DNA of 64,000 nucleotides from Myxococcales bacterium (lineage in GTDB: Bacteria; Myxococcota_A; UBA9042): assembly GCA_009692425.1 (NCBI GenBank), contig SHZF01000009.1, positions 48,214-112,213 of the forward strand, written 5' to 3'. This document shows positions 9,876 to 18,627 of this stretch, one piece after another. The stretch's first letter is position 1; every line of letters begins with the position of its first letter. The position numbers were made by a program, and so were the translations under genes. The notes beneath the pieces were generated by a model, which saw only the letters and a list, made by a program, of their open reading frames with translations, was not told the origin of the DNA and ran no database searches.

Positions 9876-11456
9876 ATGGGCTGGGCCGGGGGCATCGGAC
9901 GCGGGGCTTGGGGCATCTGGGCGGCGCTCGGGCTGTTGGCCGCCGTCGTTGCGCTGCCGACCCTGGCGTGGCCGTTCGGGCGCGATCAGGCGATCTTCCA
10001 CTACATCGGGCGCCAGTGGGGCCAAGGGCAGCTGCCGTACCTCGACACGTTCGACGTCAAGCCACCGGGCATCTACCTGCTGTTCCGGCTCACGGCGGCC
10101 CTCGGCGGCGATGCGATGTGGCCGATCCGTGTGGCCGACGTGGGTGGCGTGCTGGCGACCGGAGCCCTGCTGCCGTGGGCCTGGCCGGGCCGCGCGGACC
10201 AGCGTCCCCGTGCCCTGGACATGGCAGGATGTGCCGTGCTCGCGCTGTGTGTGCACTTCGCGGTTTTCGATTTCTGGGACTCCGCCCAGGCCGAAACCTG
10301 GCTGGTCGGGCTCGCGACGGCCGCGGCTGCCGTGGCCCGCTGGCAGCCGCGGCGCCTGGGCTCGTTCGGCGCGGGCCTGCTGCTGGGCGCCGCCGCACTG
10401 TTCAAGCCGACCGCGCTCGTGATGGTGCCTTGGGTCGCGGCCAATGGGGTCACCGCTGCCGCTGCGGATCGTTCTGTGCGCGGCCGTGCGGGCCAGGTTG
10501 GCGCCGGGGTGATCGGCATGTTGACGCTGCCCACGCTTGCCGTCGCCTGGTTTGGCGCTCACGGCGCGGGTGCGGCGCTCGCCGAACTGTGGGAGTACAG
10601 CTTGGTCTATGCCGGCGTGGCTTTCGGCGACGCGGACGCCCGCACCGGCACGCTGTGGCTGCTCGGCCGCCACGGGCCGGTATGGCCACTGCTGCTGGTC
10701 GGCGCGCTGGTTGCCGAAGGGCTGCCGTCGCGTGCACAGCGCCCTTGGGGCGAGCGCGCACGGGCCGCGGCGGGAGCGGCAGGATTGTTGGCACTGGCGT
10801 GGCTGGGCGTCGCGGCCCAGCACAAGTTCTTCACCTACCATTGGGGCGCTGTGGCGCCGTTCGCGGTCGGGCTCGTCTGGTCAGGTACGGGCCGCGCGAT
10901 CGCGGCGTGGCAGTGGTGGCGGGTCCGGCCGCCCAGCCGGGACCTGGCGCACGCGACCCTGGCCGGCTTGCTCAGCGCCGGGCTGTGGGTCGGAGCACCG
11001 GACTGGACGTGGAGCCCCGGCGTCTGCGCCGTCGACCTCGCCCGCTACGAGTGGCCGTGGTGGTGTACGGGCGAACTCGACGCAGCGAGTTGGTACGGCC
11101 AGTTCCGCAACCTGTCGCGCTACGACTTCTCCGACCACTGGCGCTTGGGCACGGCGATTCGGGCGCGGGCCCGGCCCGGCGACCAACTCCACGTGCGCGG
11201 CTTCGAACTCGCCGTCTACGCGGTGGCGGGCTTGGCGACGCCCGCACGCTTCGTGTCGGAACTGCCGCTCGACGAGCCCGCCCTGGCCACGCCGCGCCGA
11301 GAAGTCTGGTTGGCAGACCACGAGCGGCGCCTGTGGCAACGAGCTCCGCGGTTTTTCGTGACGTTTCGCGACCGGGACTGGGACCTGATGGCGCTGCGGG
11401 CGCGCGGCTATCGCGAGATCGCCCGGTCGGGCTGGATGGTGGCGCTCGAGCGCTGA
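9876..11456 (+). CDS. GT-C fold glycosyltransferase (ArnT/PMT_2-like)
   Basis: Polytopic membrane protein. First loop WPFGRDQAIFHYIGRQW...YLDTFDVKPPGIYLLF matches the ArnT/PMT_2 pattern. First ATG is 9876 (track start 9843 is TTG). Confidence 0.65.
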   Translation: MGWAGGIGRGAWGIWAALGLLAAVVALPTLAWPFGRDQAIFHYIGRQWGQGQLPYLDTFDVKPPGIYLLFRLTAALGGDAMWPIRVADVGGVLATGALLPWAWPGRADQRPRALDMAGCAVLALCVHFAVFDFWDSAQAETWLVGLATAAAAVARWQPRRLGSFGAGLLLGAAALFKPTALVMVPWVAANGVTAAAADRSVRGRAGQVGAGVIGMLTLPTLAVAWFGAHGAGAALAELWEYSLVYAGVAFGDADARTGTLWLLGRHGPVWPLLLVGALVAEGLPSRAQRPWGERARAAAGAAGLLALAWLGVAAQHKFFTYHWGAVAPFAVGLVWSGTGRAIAAWQWWRVRPPSRDLAHATLAGLLSAGLWVGAPDWTWSPGVCAVDLARYEWPWWCTGELDAASWYGQFRNLSRYDFSDHWRLGTAIRARARPGDQLHVRGFELAVYAVAGLATPARFVSELPLDEPALATPRREVWLADHERRLWQRAPRFFVTFRDRDWDLMALRARGYREIARSGWMVALER

Positions 11457-11484
11457 TAACCCTTCGCGCTTGCGGCTTCGGGTA

Positions 11485-13149
11485 CTACCCGCGCCAGCCC
11501 GGCCGCAGGTTGCGGTACAGCCGGTAGGGCGGCATGTCGGCAATCCGCTCGAAGTGGGCACGGTCGCCTTCGACCGCATCGTCGGCGCCGCGCACGAGCA
11601 CATAGTCATACCACCAGCCGTGGTCGTGCCAGTTGAACGCTTCGGGCGTCCATTCGAAACGAGGGGGGAACGGCGGCGGGCCATCGAGGTCCGGGTACAC
11701 GATCGGCGACTGGGGGTAGTTCGCAAACGAGAAGCTCGCCATGCCACCGCGGTCGACGACATAGTATTGGCCGAGGTGCAGCATCGGACCCTGGTTGAGC
11801 ACTTCGGAGCCGGGCCCGTGCACGAGCGAGATCAGGCGCTTGGCCGGCTCCGCGCGCGCGACGATCTGGCGGATGGGCCCCGCCTCTTGCGAAAACAGCT
11901 CGCCATGCTCGACGTGGACGGCCGCCGTCCATGCGGCCAGTGCCAGTGCCGGGAGCGCGAACCCCACAGCACGGGTCCACGGGCGGCGGCCAAGGCGAGC
12001 GCATTGCAGCGCGGGGATGGCGAAAAGCGCAATCATAGGCACGATCCGATACGAGATCGGCCAGATCCACTTGTACGACACCGGCGCACAGAAGTAGGTG
12101 GCGACGGTGACGAGGAACAGCGCCAACGGGATCTTCTCGGCGAACGGCCCCGGCAGCGGCGAGGCAAGACCGGTGTCGTCGGGCGACGTCGAGCTGTTGT
12201 TGGTGACCGGTGGGACGGGCGCGGCTGCCCGTTGCGCGAGCCAGGCGGCCCACCCGAACAGCGCCAGCCACGCCAACGCGATGCCCTCGTCGGCATCGCC
12301 ACGGTAGGCGTCGAGCCACCAGCCGACCAGGTTGTGCAGCGCATCGAGCCAGGGCTCAAACTCGACCTCGGCTGGCGCGACGTTGCGGCCGCCATGGCCG
12401 GCGTGCCACTGTGCAGCGTCGGCCAGCACCAGCGAGCGAATGGTCCACCCCGCCAGCGCGCTCGCCGCCGGCACAATGTGGAGACCAACCCGCCACCAGT
12501 GGCGCGGGTGCGGGCCGCGGGTGGCCAATGCCACGGTCACGCACGCGAGCACGCAGTAGTGCGCGAACGCTTGGGCGTGCGTGTAGAAAAGCAGCAGCGC
12601 CAGCATCGTGAGTGCCGCCACCCGCGGCCACGTCGGCACATCGACGGCGCGCCGCACCAGCGCCAATGTGACGAGGAGCAGCGGCAGCGCACTCAGCCAA
12701 TTCGCAAACCCGGCGAACCAGAAGACGTTGTAGACCAACGGCACGGCCAGCAGCGCCAAAAGCGGGTCGCGGCCATGGGCACGCAAAAGCAGCGCCATGG
12801 CAAGCGGCAAACCCACTGCATAGCCCGTCAGCACGACGCGGGCGGCCGTCTCGAGCGGTAGCAGCCACGCCAGCAGGTCGACCGCGACGTACCAACTCAG
12901 GTACTGCGTGCGGGCGAAGTCGATGACGTGCCATTTGTCGACGCCGAAGGTCGGGTCATTCCAGCTGTGCAGCACGCGCACGGTGGCGAGGTGCTGCGGC
13001 AGGTCCATCATCGGCAGCAGGTCTGGGGTCCAGATGGGGACGGCGGCGGCGATGGCGCCCAAAGTCAGCGCCACCACGGCCACCGGGTCGCGGGCCAACC
13101 AGAGCCGGGCAGCAGGGAGGAGTTGCGGGATCACGCACCGACCGGCCAC
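11485..13149 (-). CDS. polytopic membrane protein with C-terminal soluble domain (possible GT-C)
   Basis: About 12 hydrophobic helices, then a soluble C-terminal ~150 aa. GTG start at 13149. The opposite-strand ORF 11470..12861 is an Arg/Val/His-rich antisense artefact. No family recognised. Confidence 0.6.
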   Translation of the reverse strand: MAGRCVIPQLLPAARLWLARDPVAVVALTLGAIAAAVPIWTPDLLPMMDLPQHLATVRVLHSWNDPTFGVDKWHVIDFARTQYLSWYVAVDLLAWLLPLETAARVVLTGYAVGLPLAMALLLRAHGRDPLLALLAVPLVYNVFWFAGFANWLSALPLLLVTLALVRRAVDVPTWPRVAALTMLALLLFYTHAQAFAHYCVLACVTVALATRGPHPRHWWRVGLHIVPAASALAGWTIRSLVLADAAQWHAGHGGRNVAPAEVEFEPWLDALHNLVGWWLDAYRGDADEGIALAWLALFGWAAWLAQRAAAPVPPVTNNSSTSPDDTGLASPLPGPFAEKIPLALFLVTVATYFCAPVSYKWIWPISYRIVPMIALFAIPALQCARLGRRPWTRAVGFALPALALAAWTAAVHVEHGELFSQEAGPIRQIVARAEPAKRLISLVHGPGSEVLNQGPMLHLGQYYVVDRGGMASFSFANYPQSPIVYPDLDGPPPFPPRFEWTPEAFNWHDHGWWYDYVLVRGADDAVEGDRAHFERIADMPPYRLYRNLRPGWRG

Positions 13150-13274
13150 GTGCGCCGCAGGCCGAGCGCGACGACAACGACGGGCGCACGGATCGTAGCA
13201 CAGGTGGCCGCTGCAAGAACGGAAGCGCGGCCCGCCACGTTGCCACGCCGCTGCCAGCGCCGTAGCCTTCGCCC

Positions 13275-14933
13275 ATGTCCCCCGCCGCCCTTGCCGCCGT
13301 CGTCGCTGTGCTCGGCGGCCTGCAAGACTGGACCGGTGTCGAATTCGGCCCGGCCCAGTTCGACGTCACGCTGCGCCACGCGCTCGACAAGTGGCTCGAT
13401 GTGCCCGAGCCCGGTGGCGACAAGGAGAGGCGGGCGTGGCGGCGTGCGGCGGAACTGGCGCTGTGGAGCCAGGAGCCGACCGTCGAGTTGCTGCCTGAAG
13501 CCTACCTCGCACATCTCGCCGCCGTTCCAGCAAGAGAAGGTGGGCCAGCGAGCGGAGGTGGGCCGGAACGGTGGCGCCCCGTTCAGCCGGCCGAGCCGCT
13601 GGTGTGCCAGGGCAAGCCGGTCGCCGGCCTGCGCCTCGTCGTCGCCGAGGTGAGCGGGCGTGCCCCAAAAGTGCTCGACGCGGCGTGGCTCGCCTGGTGG
13701 GGCACGGGTACGTTCGCCAAGCGTGAACTGCGCTGCGTGCTCGACTGGATCGAGCGCCGCCTGCCCGCCGACGACCAGCGCGCCACGAAATTGGCGCTGG
13801 CGTGGGTCAACGCGGCGTCTGGCTGGCTGAAGGCGATCGACCGCAACAGCGACGTGGTGGCGCAGCGGTTCTGGGAGCGGGTCAGCGACTCCGATCAGGT
13901 GGCCGACGACGGTGAACCTGGCCTGGCCGTCGAGCCGTGCACGGCGCCGACGCCGACGGACCCGCCCGCGCACTGGTGCGTCGCCGACGTGCGGGCACAG
14001 TCCGCCGCGTGGCAGGGCGACGTGCGCGTCTACGACCGCCTCTTGCAGGTGGGCGATCTTGCCACGGCCGACCAGCCGCGCAAGGCGGTGCTCGCGGCGC
14101 TCGTCGGGTTGCCGGGCTCGAAGGTGCGCGTCCAGTTGCGGCGTGGCAGGGGCGGCAAGCCGCGGACGCTGGCCTTGTTGCGGGACCGGGCGGTCATGCA
14201 CGACGTCGAAGCCGAGTTGCTGGCGCCTGGCATCGTGCACGTGCGGCTACACGATTTCGTGCGCGGCACAGCGGGGCGGCTCGACGCAGCCATCAAGGCG
14301 GCGCTGCAACCACGCAAGGGCAAGCCCAAGGCGTTGGCGGGTGTGGTGCTCGACCTGCGCGGCAATGGCGGGGGTGTGCTCGACGAGGCGATCGCACTCG
14401 CCGACCAGTTCCTCCCGGCGGGTGTCACGGTGCGCACGCGCTGGCGCGGTCGGTCTGACGAGAAGCTGTCGCACGACGACGCGACCGACCGCATGGCACC
14501 TCTGGTCGTGCTGGCCGATCGGCGCTGCGGGTCGGCCTGCGAGGTGCTGGCCGGTGCCTTGCAGGACCGCGGCAGAGCCGTCGTGCTCGGCGCCCGGACG
14601 TTTGGCAAGGCGTCGATGCAAGAGGTCAAGCGGCCGAACCTCATGGCGGGCTATTACGTGAAGGTCACGATTGGGCGCTACCTGACACCGAGCGGGCGCG
14701 ACATCGACGGCGAGGGCCTGCTGCCCGATGTCGCGTTGCCGGCGGACCCCACGACGGGGTTTGCATTGGCCGAGACCCATGCGCTGCACGCTCGCGCGGC
14801 TTGTGTCGCGCGGTCGGGCGTGGGCCGGCAGACGTGGAACGCGGACCCGGCGCCGCGCCGCCGTCACGACGCGTGGCTGGCGATGGCACGGGACTGGCTG
14901 GCGTGCGCGGCGCTGGTGGCCCCGCAGCAGTAG
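13275..14933 (+). CDS. S41 family C-terminal processing (tail-specific) peptidase
   Basis: VVLDLRGNGGGVLDEAIALADQF and LVVLADRRCGSACEVLAGALQDRGRAVVLGARTFGKASMQ match the S41 Ser/Lys peptidase core. A PDZ-like segment precedes it. Confidence 0.8.
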   Translation: MSPAALAAVVAVLGGLQDWTGVEFGPAQFDVTLRHALDKWLDVPEPGGDKERRAWRRAAELALWSQEPTVELLPEAYLAHLAAVPAREGGPASGGGPERWRPVQPAEPLVCQGKPVAGLRLVVAEVSGRAPKVLDAAWLAWWGTGTFAKRELRCVLDWIERRLPADDQRATKLALAWVNAASGWLKAIDRNSDVVAQRFWERVSDSDQVADDGEPGLAVEPCTAPTPTDPPAHWCVADVRAQSAAWQGDVRVYDRLLQVGDLATADQPRKAVLAALVGLPGSKVRVQLRRGRGGKPRTLALLRDRAVMHDVEAELLAPGIVHVRLHDFVRGTAGRLDAAIKAALQPRKGKPKALAGVVLDLRGNGGGVLDEAIALADQFLPAGVTVRTRWRGRSDEKLSHDDATDRMAPLVVLADRRCGSACEVLAGALQDRGRAVVLGARTFGKASMQEVKRPNLMAGYYVKVTIGRYLTPSGRDIDGEGLLPDVALPADPTTGFALAETHALHARAACVARSGVGRQTWNADPAPRRRHDAWLAMARDWLACAALVAPQQ

Positions 14934-14979
14934 GGGGGCGACTCGCGCTGCGCGGCTGATGCCGCTATCCTCGCGCCCG

Positions 14980-17160
14980 ATGGCGGAACTGCCCCAAAAC
15001 TTCGGCCGCTACGTGCTCCGCGAGCGGGTGGCGACCGGGGGCATGGCCGAGGTGTTCCGCGCGTCGCTGCCGGGCTTCGGCGGCTTCGACAAGACCGTCG
15101 CCGTCAAGCGCATGTTTCGCCCCTACGGGCACGACGCGAAGTTCGTCGAGATGCTCACGGACGAGGCGAAGATCGTCAGCCAACTGGCGCATCCCAACGT
15201 CGTGCAGATTCTCGACATCGGCCGCATCGGCGAGGACTACTACATCGCGTTGGAGTACGTCGAAGGCGTCGATCTGTTCCGCCTGCTGCAACGCCACCAC
15301 GAACTTCAGCGCGACCTGCCGATCGGCATCGCCTGCTACGTCGTGGCCGAGTTGTGCAGCGCGCTCGATTATGCCCACTCGCGCCGCTCGGCCGACGGCG
15401 CGCCGCTGCAGATCGTGCACCGCGACGTGAGCCCACAGAACGTGCTGCTCAGCCTGCTTGGCGAAGTGAAGCTGACCGACTTCGGCATTGCCAAGGCCGC
15501 GCACCGCTATACGCAGACACAGGCCGGCATGGTCAAAGGCAAGATCTACTACATGAGCCCGGAGCAGGCGCTCGGCCACCCGATCGACCACCGCTCGGAC
15601 CTGTTTTCTGCGGGCATCTTGCTGTACGAGGCGTTGGTCACGCGCCCGCTGTACGACGAAGTGGACCAGGACGCCCTGTTCGAGAAGGTCTCGACGGCGT
15701 CGTACGATTGGCCCGCCGACAAGATGGTGCGCGTGCCGCCGCCGCTGATGGACGTGGTGGGGCGCGCGCTCGCCCCGCGCCCAGAGCAGCGCTACCAGTC
15801 GGGTCGTGAGTTTCGTGAGGGTCTCGGGGCTGTTGCGCGCGAGATGGGCGTATGGCCCGACCGCGACGACGTCGGGCGCTACCTGCGCGAACTGTATCAG
15901 GTCGCCGAAGACCGCCCGCCGCCGGTCCTGCTCGACGGCGTGCGCATGACCGGCCCCGAAGACGACGGCTGGCACAGCAGGGTGGGGCCGGTGCCGGCGC
16001 CACCGGAGACGGTCGCGATCGACGTGCGCCATGCGATGGCACGCGACGCGTCGGACGATGAGTCGCCCCACCGGCCCGTCACGCGCGTGCCGCTGCCCGG
16101 GGCGGTGCCGCGCGGCAAGACGCCCGCGCCGGTGGCGGTGCCCGTGCAGCCCCGTCGCCCGCCGAGCCCGCGGGCTGGACCCCCACCGGAGGGCCCTGCG
16201 CTGGCCGGGCTGGTGCGAACGCCGGCGCCTTCGGGCACGCCGATGCCGCGGGCTCCCGGTGGCGGCCTCGTGGGCGTCAGCCGCCCGTCTGCTCCCGTTC
16301 CTTCGCCCTTGCCGCCCGCGGCAACCCCTGCGTCGAGTGCTGCGGCGCTGGTCGCTGCGAACCGGCCGCCGCCGTTGCCCCAGAGCGTGAAGGGTGCGCC
16401 CGCATTGATGCCCCGGCCCCCGCTGACTGCGCCCGCGAGCCCGTCTCGGTCGGGGCTGCCCGCGGCGCCGCCGCCCCCTGCGCTGACGTCCATCCCGCCG
16501 CCCGTGCCGGTGCCGCCGCCCTTGCCGGTGCCACCGCCCGTGCCGGTGCCACTGCCCGTGCCGGTGCCACTGCCCGTGCCGGTGCCGCCGCCAGTGCACG
16601 GACAATCCCGCACGCCGCTGCCGAGTCTTGGCGGGTCGAACCAGAGGCCAGGCGCGCCGCAGCCACGGCCATCTGGGCCCCTGCCGGCCGGCACCCGGCC
16701 TGCCGCCGCGACGACCCTCGCCGGGCCTGGCGCATCGGTGGACCGACACGACGAATCGACCTCACTCATCGAGATGGCGGAACTGGGGCGGCGGCTGGCC
16801 GAGTCTGCCCAGTCGCCAACGACGCCGCCGCCCGGCTCCGAATACGCCTCAGTTCCGGCCGCGCGTTCCGAGGCCTCGACGCGGTTCGTGGAAGCGATGC
16901 CCGACGAGGAACTCGAAGACACGACGAAGCCGTCGCGGCGGCGGCGCGCCCCGGCACAGAGCGAGCCCACGCCGGCCATGTTGGTGGCGCAGGCGCCGGT
17001 TGGACCGCCCGGAATGCAGCAGCGCCCGCCCGCCATGCCGGCACCCTTTGATTCAGACGCCCTGCCTGCGAGTTGGTCGCTCGTCGCGCTCGCTGGCCTC
17101 GTATGGACGGCCGTGCTGGTGCTGGGCGTCTACGCGACGCTGCTCACGGTTACCCGGTAG
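14980..17160 (+). CDS. Ser/Thr protein kinase with Pro-rich linker and C-terminal membrane anchor
   Basis: Start at ATG 14980 (MAELPQNFGRYVL...). Kinase motifs GGMAEVFRA, VAVKR, HRDVSPQNVLL, LTDFGIAKA and YMSPEQ. About 450 aa of Pro/Ala-rich sequence. C-terminal TM WSLVALAGLVWTAVLVLGVYATLL. Confidence 0.9.
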   Translation: MAELPQNFGRYVLRERVATGGMAEVFRASLPGFGGFDKTVAVKRMFRPYGHDAKFVEMLTDEAKIVSQLAHPNVVQILDIGRIGEDYYIALEYVEGVDLFRLLQRHHELQRDLPIGIACYVVAELCSALDYAHSRRSADGAPLQIVHRDVSPQNVLLSLLGEVKLTDFGIAKAAHRYTQTQAGMVKGKIYYMSPEQALGHPIDHRSDLFSAGILLYEALVTRPLYDEVDQDALFEKVSTASYDWPADKMVRVPPPLMDVVGRALAPRPEQRYQSGREFREGLGAVAREMGVWPDRDDVGRYLRELYQVAEDRPPPVLLDGVRMTGPEDDGWHSRVGPVPAPPETVAIDVRHAMARDASDDESPHRPVTRVPLPGAVPRGKTPAPVAVPVQPRRPPSPRAGPPPEGPALAGLVRTPAPSGTPMPRAPGGGLVGVSRPSAPVPSPLPPAATPASSAAALVAANRPPPLPQSVKGAPALMPRPPLTAPASPSRSGLPAAPPPPALTSIPPPVPVPPPLPVPPPVPVPLPVPVPLPVPVPPPVHGQSRTPLPSLGGSNQRPGAPQPRPSGPLPAGTRPAAATTLAGPGASVDRHDESTSLIEMAELGRRLAESAQSPTTPPPGSEYASVPAARSEASTRFVEAMPDEELEDTTKPSRRRRAPAQSEPTPAMLVAQAPVGPPGMQQRPPAMPAPFDSDALPASWSLVALAGLVWTAVLVLGVYATLLTVTR
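16501..16590. repeat. 5 x 18-bp in-frame tandem repeat (PVPVP[PL]) in the kinase linker
   Basis: Units cccgtgccggtgccgccg / cccttgccggtgccaccg / cccgtgccggtgccactg x2 / cccgtgccggtgccgccg read directly. Confidence 0.85.
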
Positions 17161-18103
17161 ACGGCGGACCATTCGCCGGCAGGCACCCCTGAACGCGCGC
17201 CGCCTGGAAGTAGCGCCCCGGCAGCAGGTGGTCGAGTTCGCCCGCCAGCACGCCGGACGCCGCGACGAGGCCTGCGAGATCGACGCCCGTCGCGAAGCCG
17301 AGGCCGTGCAGGGCATACACGAGATCTTCGGTCGCGAGGTTGCCGCTCGCGCCGGGTGCGAATGGGCAGCCGCCCAGCCCTCCCGCACTGGCGTCGAACG
17401 TGCGGATCCCGTGCTGCAGGCCCGCCATCACGTTGGCGAGCGCCGTGCCGCGCGTGTCGTGAAAGTGCAGCGCGAGCCGATCGAACGGCAGCCCTGCCGC
17501 ATGGGCCGCGCCGAGCCAGCGCGCCACGTCGCCCGGCGTGGCGACGCCGATCGTGTCGCCGATGCTGATTTCGCCGCAGCCCATGTCGAGCAGGGAACGC
17601 GCCACGACGATGCCCTGCTCGGGCGACACAGAGCCCTCGTACGGGCAGCCGAACACCGCCGATACGTAGCCGCGCACGGCCAGGCCCGCGTCGAGCGCGC
17701 GCTGCACCACCGGGGCGAAATGGCGCAACGACTCGGCCAGCGTCATCCGGATGTTGTGCTGCACGAACGTGTCGCTTGCCGCCGTGAACACCGCGATGTC
17801 ACGCACACCGGCTGCCAGTGCCCGCTCCAGCCCGCGCTGGTTTGGCACCAGTGCGCTAAAGCGGACGCCGTCGGCGGGTCGCAACGCGGCGAACACGGCT
17901 TCGGCATCGGCCAATTGCGGGACCGCGCGGGGGTGAACGAACGACGACACCTCGATGCGGCGCAGCCCGGCCGCCACCAGGGCTTCGACGAAGTGCACCT
18001 TCGTTGCCGTCGCCACCCGCACGCGTTCGTTCTGGAGGCCGTCGCGTGGCCCGACCTCGACGAGGTGGACCCACTCGGGCACGGTCGTCGGGAGGCCGGT
18101 CAT
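17150..18103 (-). CDS. liuE: hydroxymethylglutaryl-CoA lyase
   Basis: Start at ATG 18103 (MTGLPTTVPEWVHLVEVGPRDGLQNE...), the canonical HMGL N-terminus; 317 aa. ATGA overlap with the upstream ORF. Confidence 0.9.
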   Translation of the reverse strand: MTGLPTTVPEWVHLVEVGPRDGLQNERVRVATATKVHFVEALVAAGLRRIEVSSFVHPRAVPQLADAEAVFAALRPADGVRFSALVPNQRGLERALAAGVRDIAVFTAASDTFVQHNIRMTLAESLRHFAPVVQRALDAGLAVRGYVSAVFGCPYEGSVSPEQGIVVARSLLDMGCGEISIGDTIGVATPGDVARWLGAAHAAGLPFDRLALHFHDTRGTALANVMAGLQHGIRTFDASAGGLGGCPFAPGASGNLATEDLVYALHGLGFATGVDLAGLVAASGVLAGELDHLLPGRYFQAARVQGCLPANGPPSTG

Positions 18104-18627
18104 GGTGGCTCCTCGCACGGACTCAATCGCACCAGTTCCGCGCCGCCTTCGACCAGGGCGCCGACCGCGAACACGACCTGCACCACCATAGCGTCGCGCA
18201 CGGCCTTGAGCGTGTACTCCATCTTCATCGCCTCGACGACGACGAGCGGGTCCCCCTTGGCCACGCGGGCGCCGACGGCGATGTGCACGGCGACCAACCG
18301 GCCGGTCATCGGCGAGCGCACCTGCAGGCCTGCGTCGGCGTCGCGGGGGCGTCGCGCCAGGGCCTGCGCCCACCGCGTGGTGCGACTCGCTGCGTCTGCG
18401 GTGCCCGTGTCCGACAGCCACACGATGTCGCGCTGTACCGACAGGTGCACCGTGCGGGTGATGCCACCAACTTCGACCAGGAACTCTCCGCTGGGCGCCT
18501 GGCGCACCGTCACTTGGCGTTCCTGCCGCAGTGCGCCCTCGCCGACCGTGACCACCTGGCCCCCGTCGCGCGCGGCGACAGCGACCTCAATGCGGCGTGC
18601 GCCGACTGTTTCAAAGGCGCGCTTCAT
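18100..18627 (-). CDS. liuD: methylcrotonyl-CoA carboxylase alpha subunit, C-terminal piece (BT remainder plus biotinyl/BCCP domain)
   Basis: Biotin attachment motif VVVEAMKMEYTL in a lipoyl-like domain. ATGA overlaps at both ends (18624-18627 and 18100-18103). Confidence 0.8.
   Translation of the reverse strand: MKRAFETVGARRIEVAVAARDGGQVVTVGEGALRQERQVTVRQAPSGEFLVEVGGITRTVHLSVQRDIVWLSDTGTADAASRTTRWAQALARRPRDADAGLQVRSPMTGRLVAVHIAVGARVAKGDPLVVVEAMKMEYTLKAVRDAMVVQVVFAVGALVEGGAELVRLSPCEEPP

Noticed and set aside
14965-16749. 594-aa minus-strand ORF antisense to the Ser/Thr kinase.
   Set aside because: The translation is Arg/His/Gly-rich with no motifs. The plus strand carries a complete kinase catalytic core.
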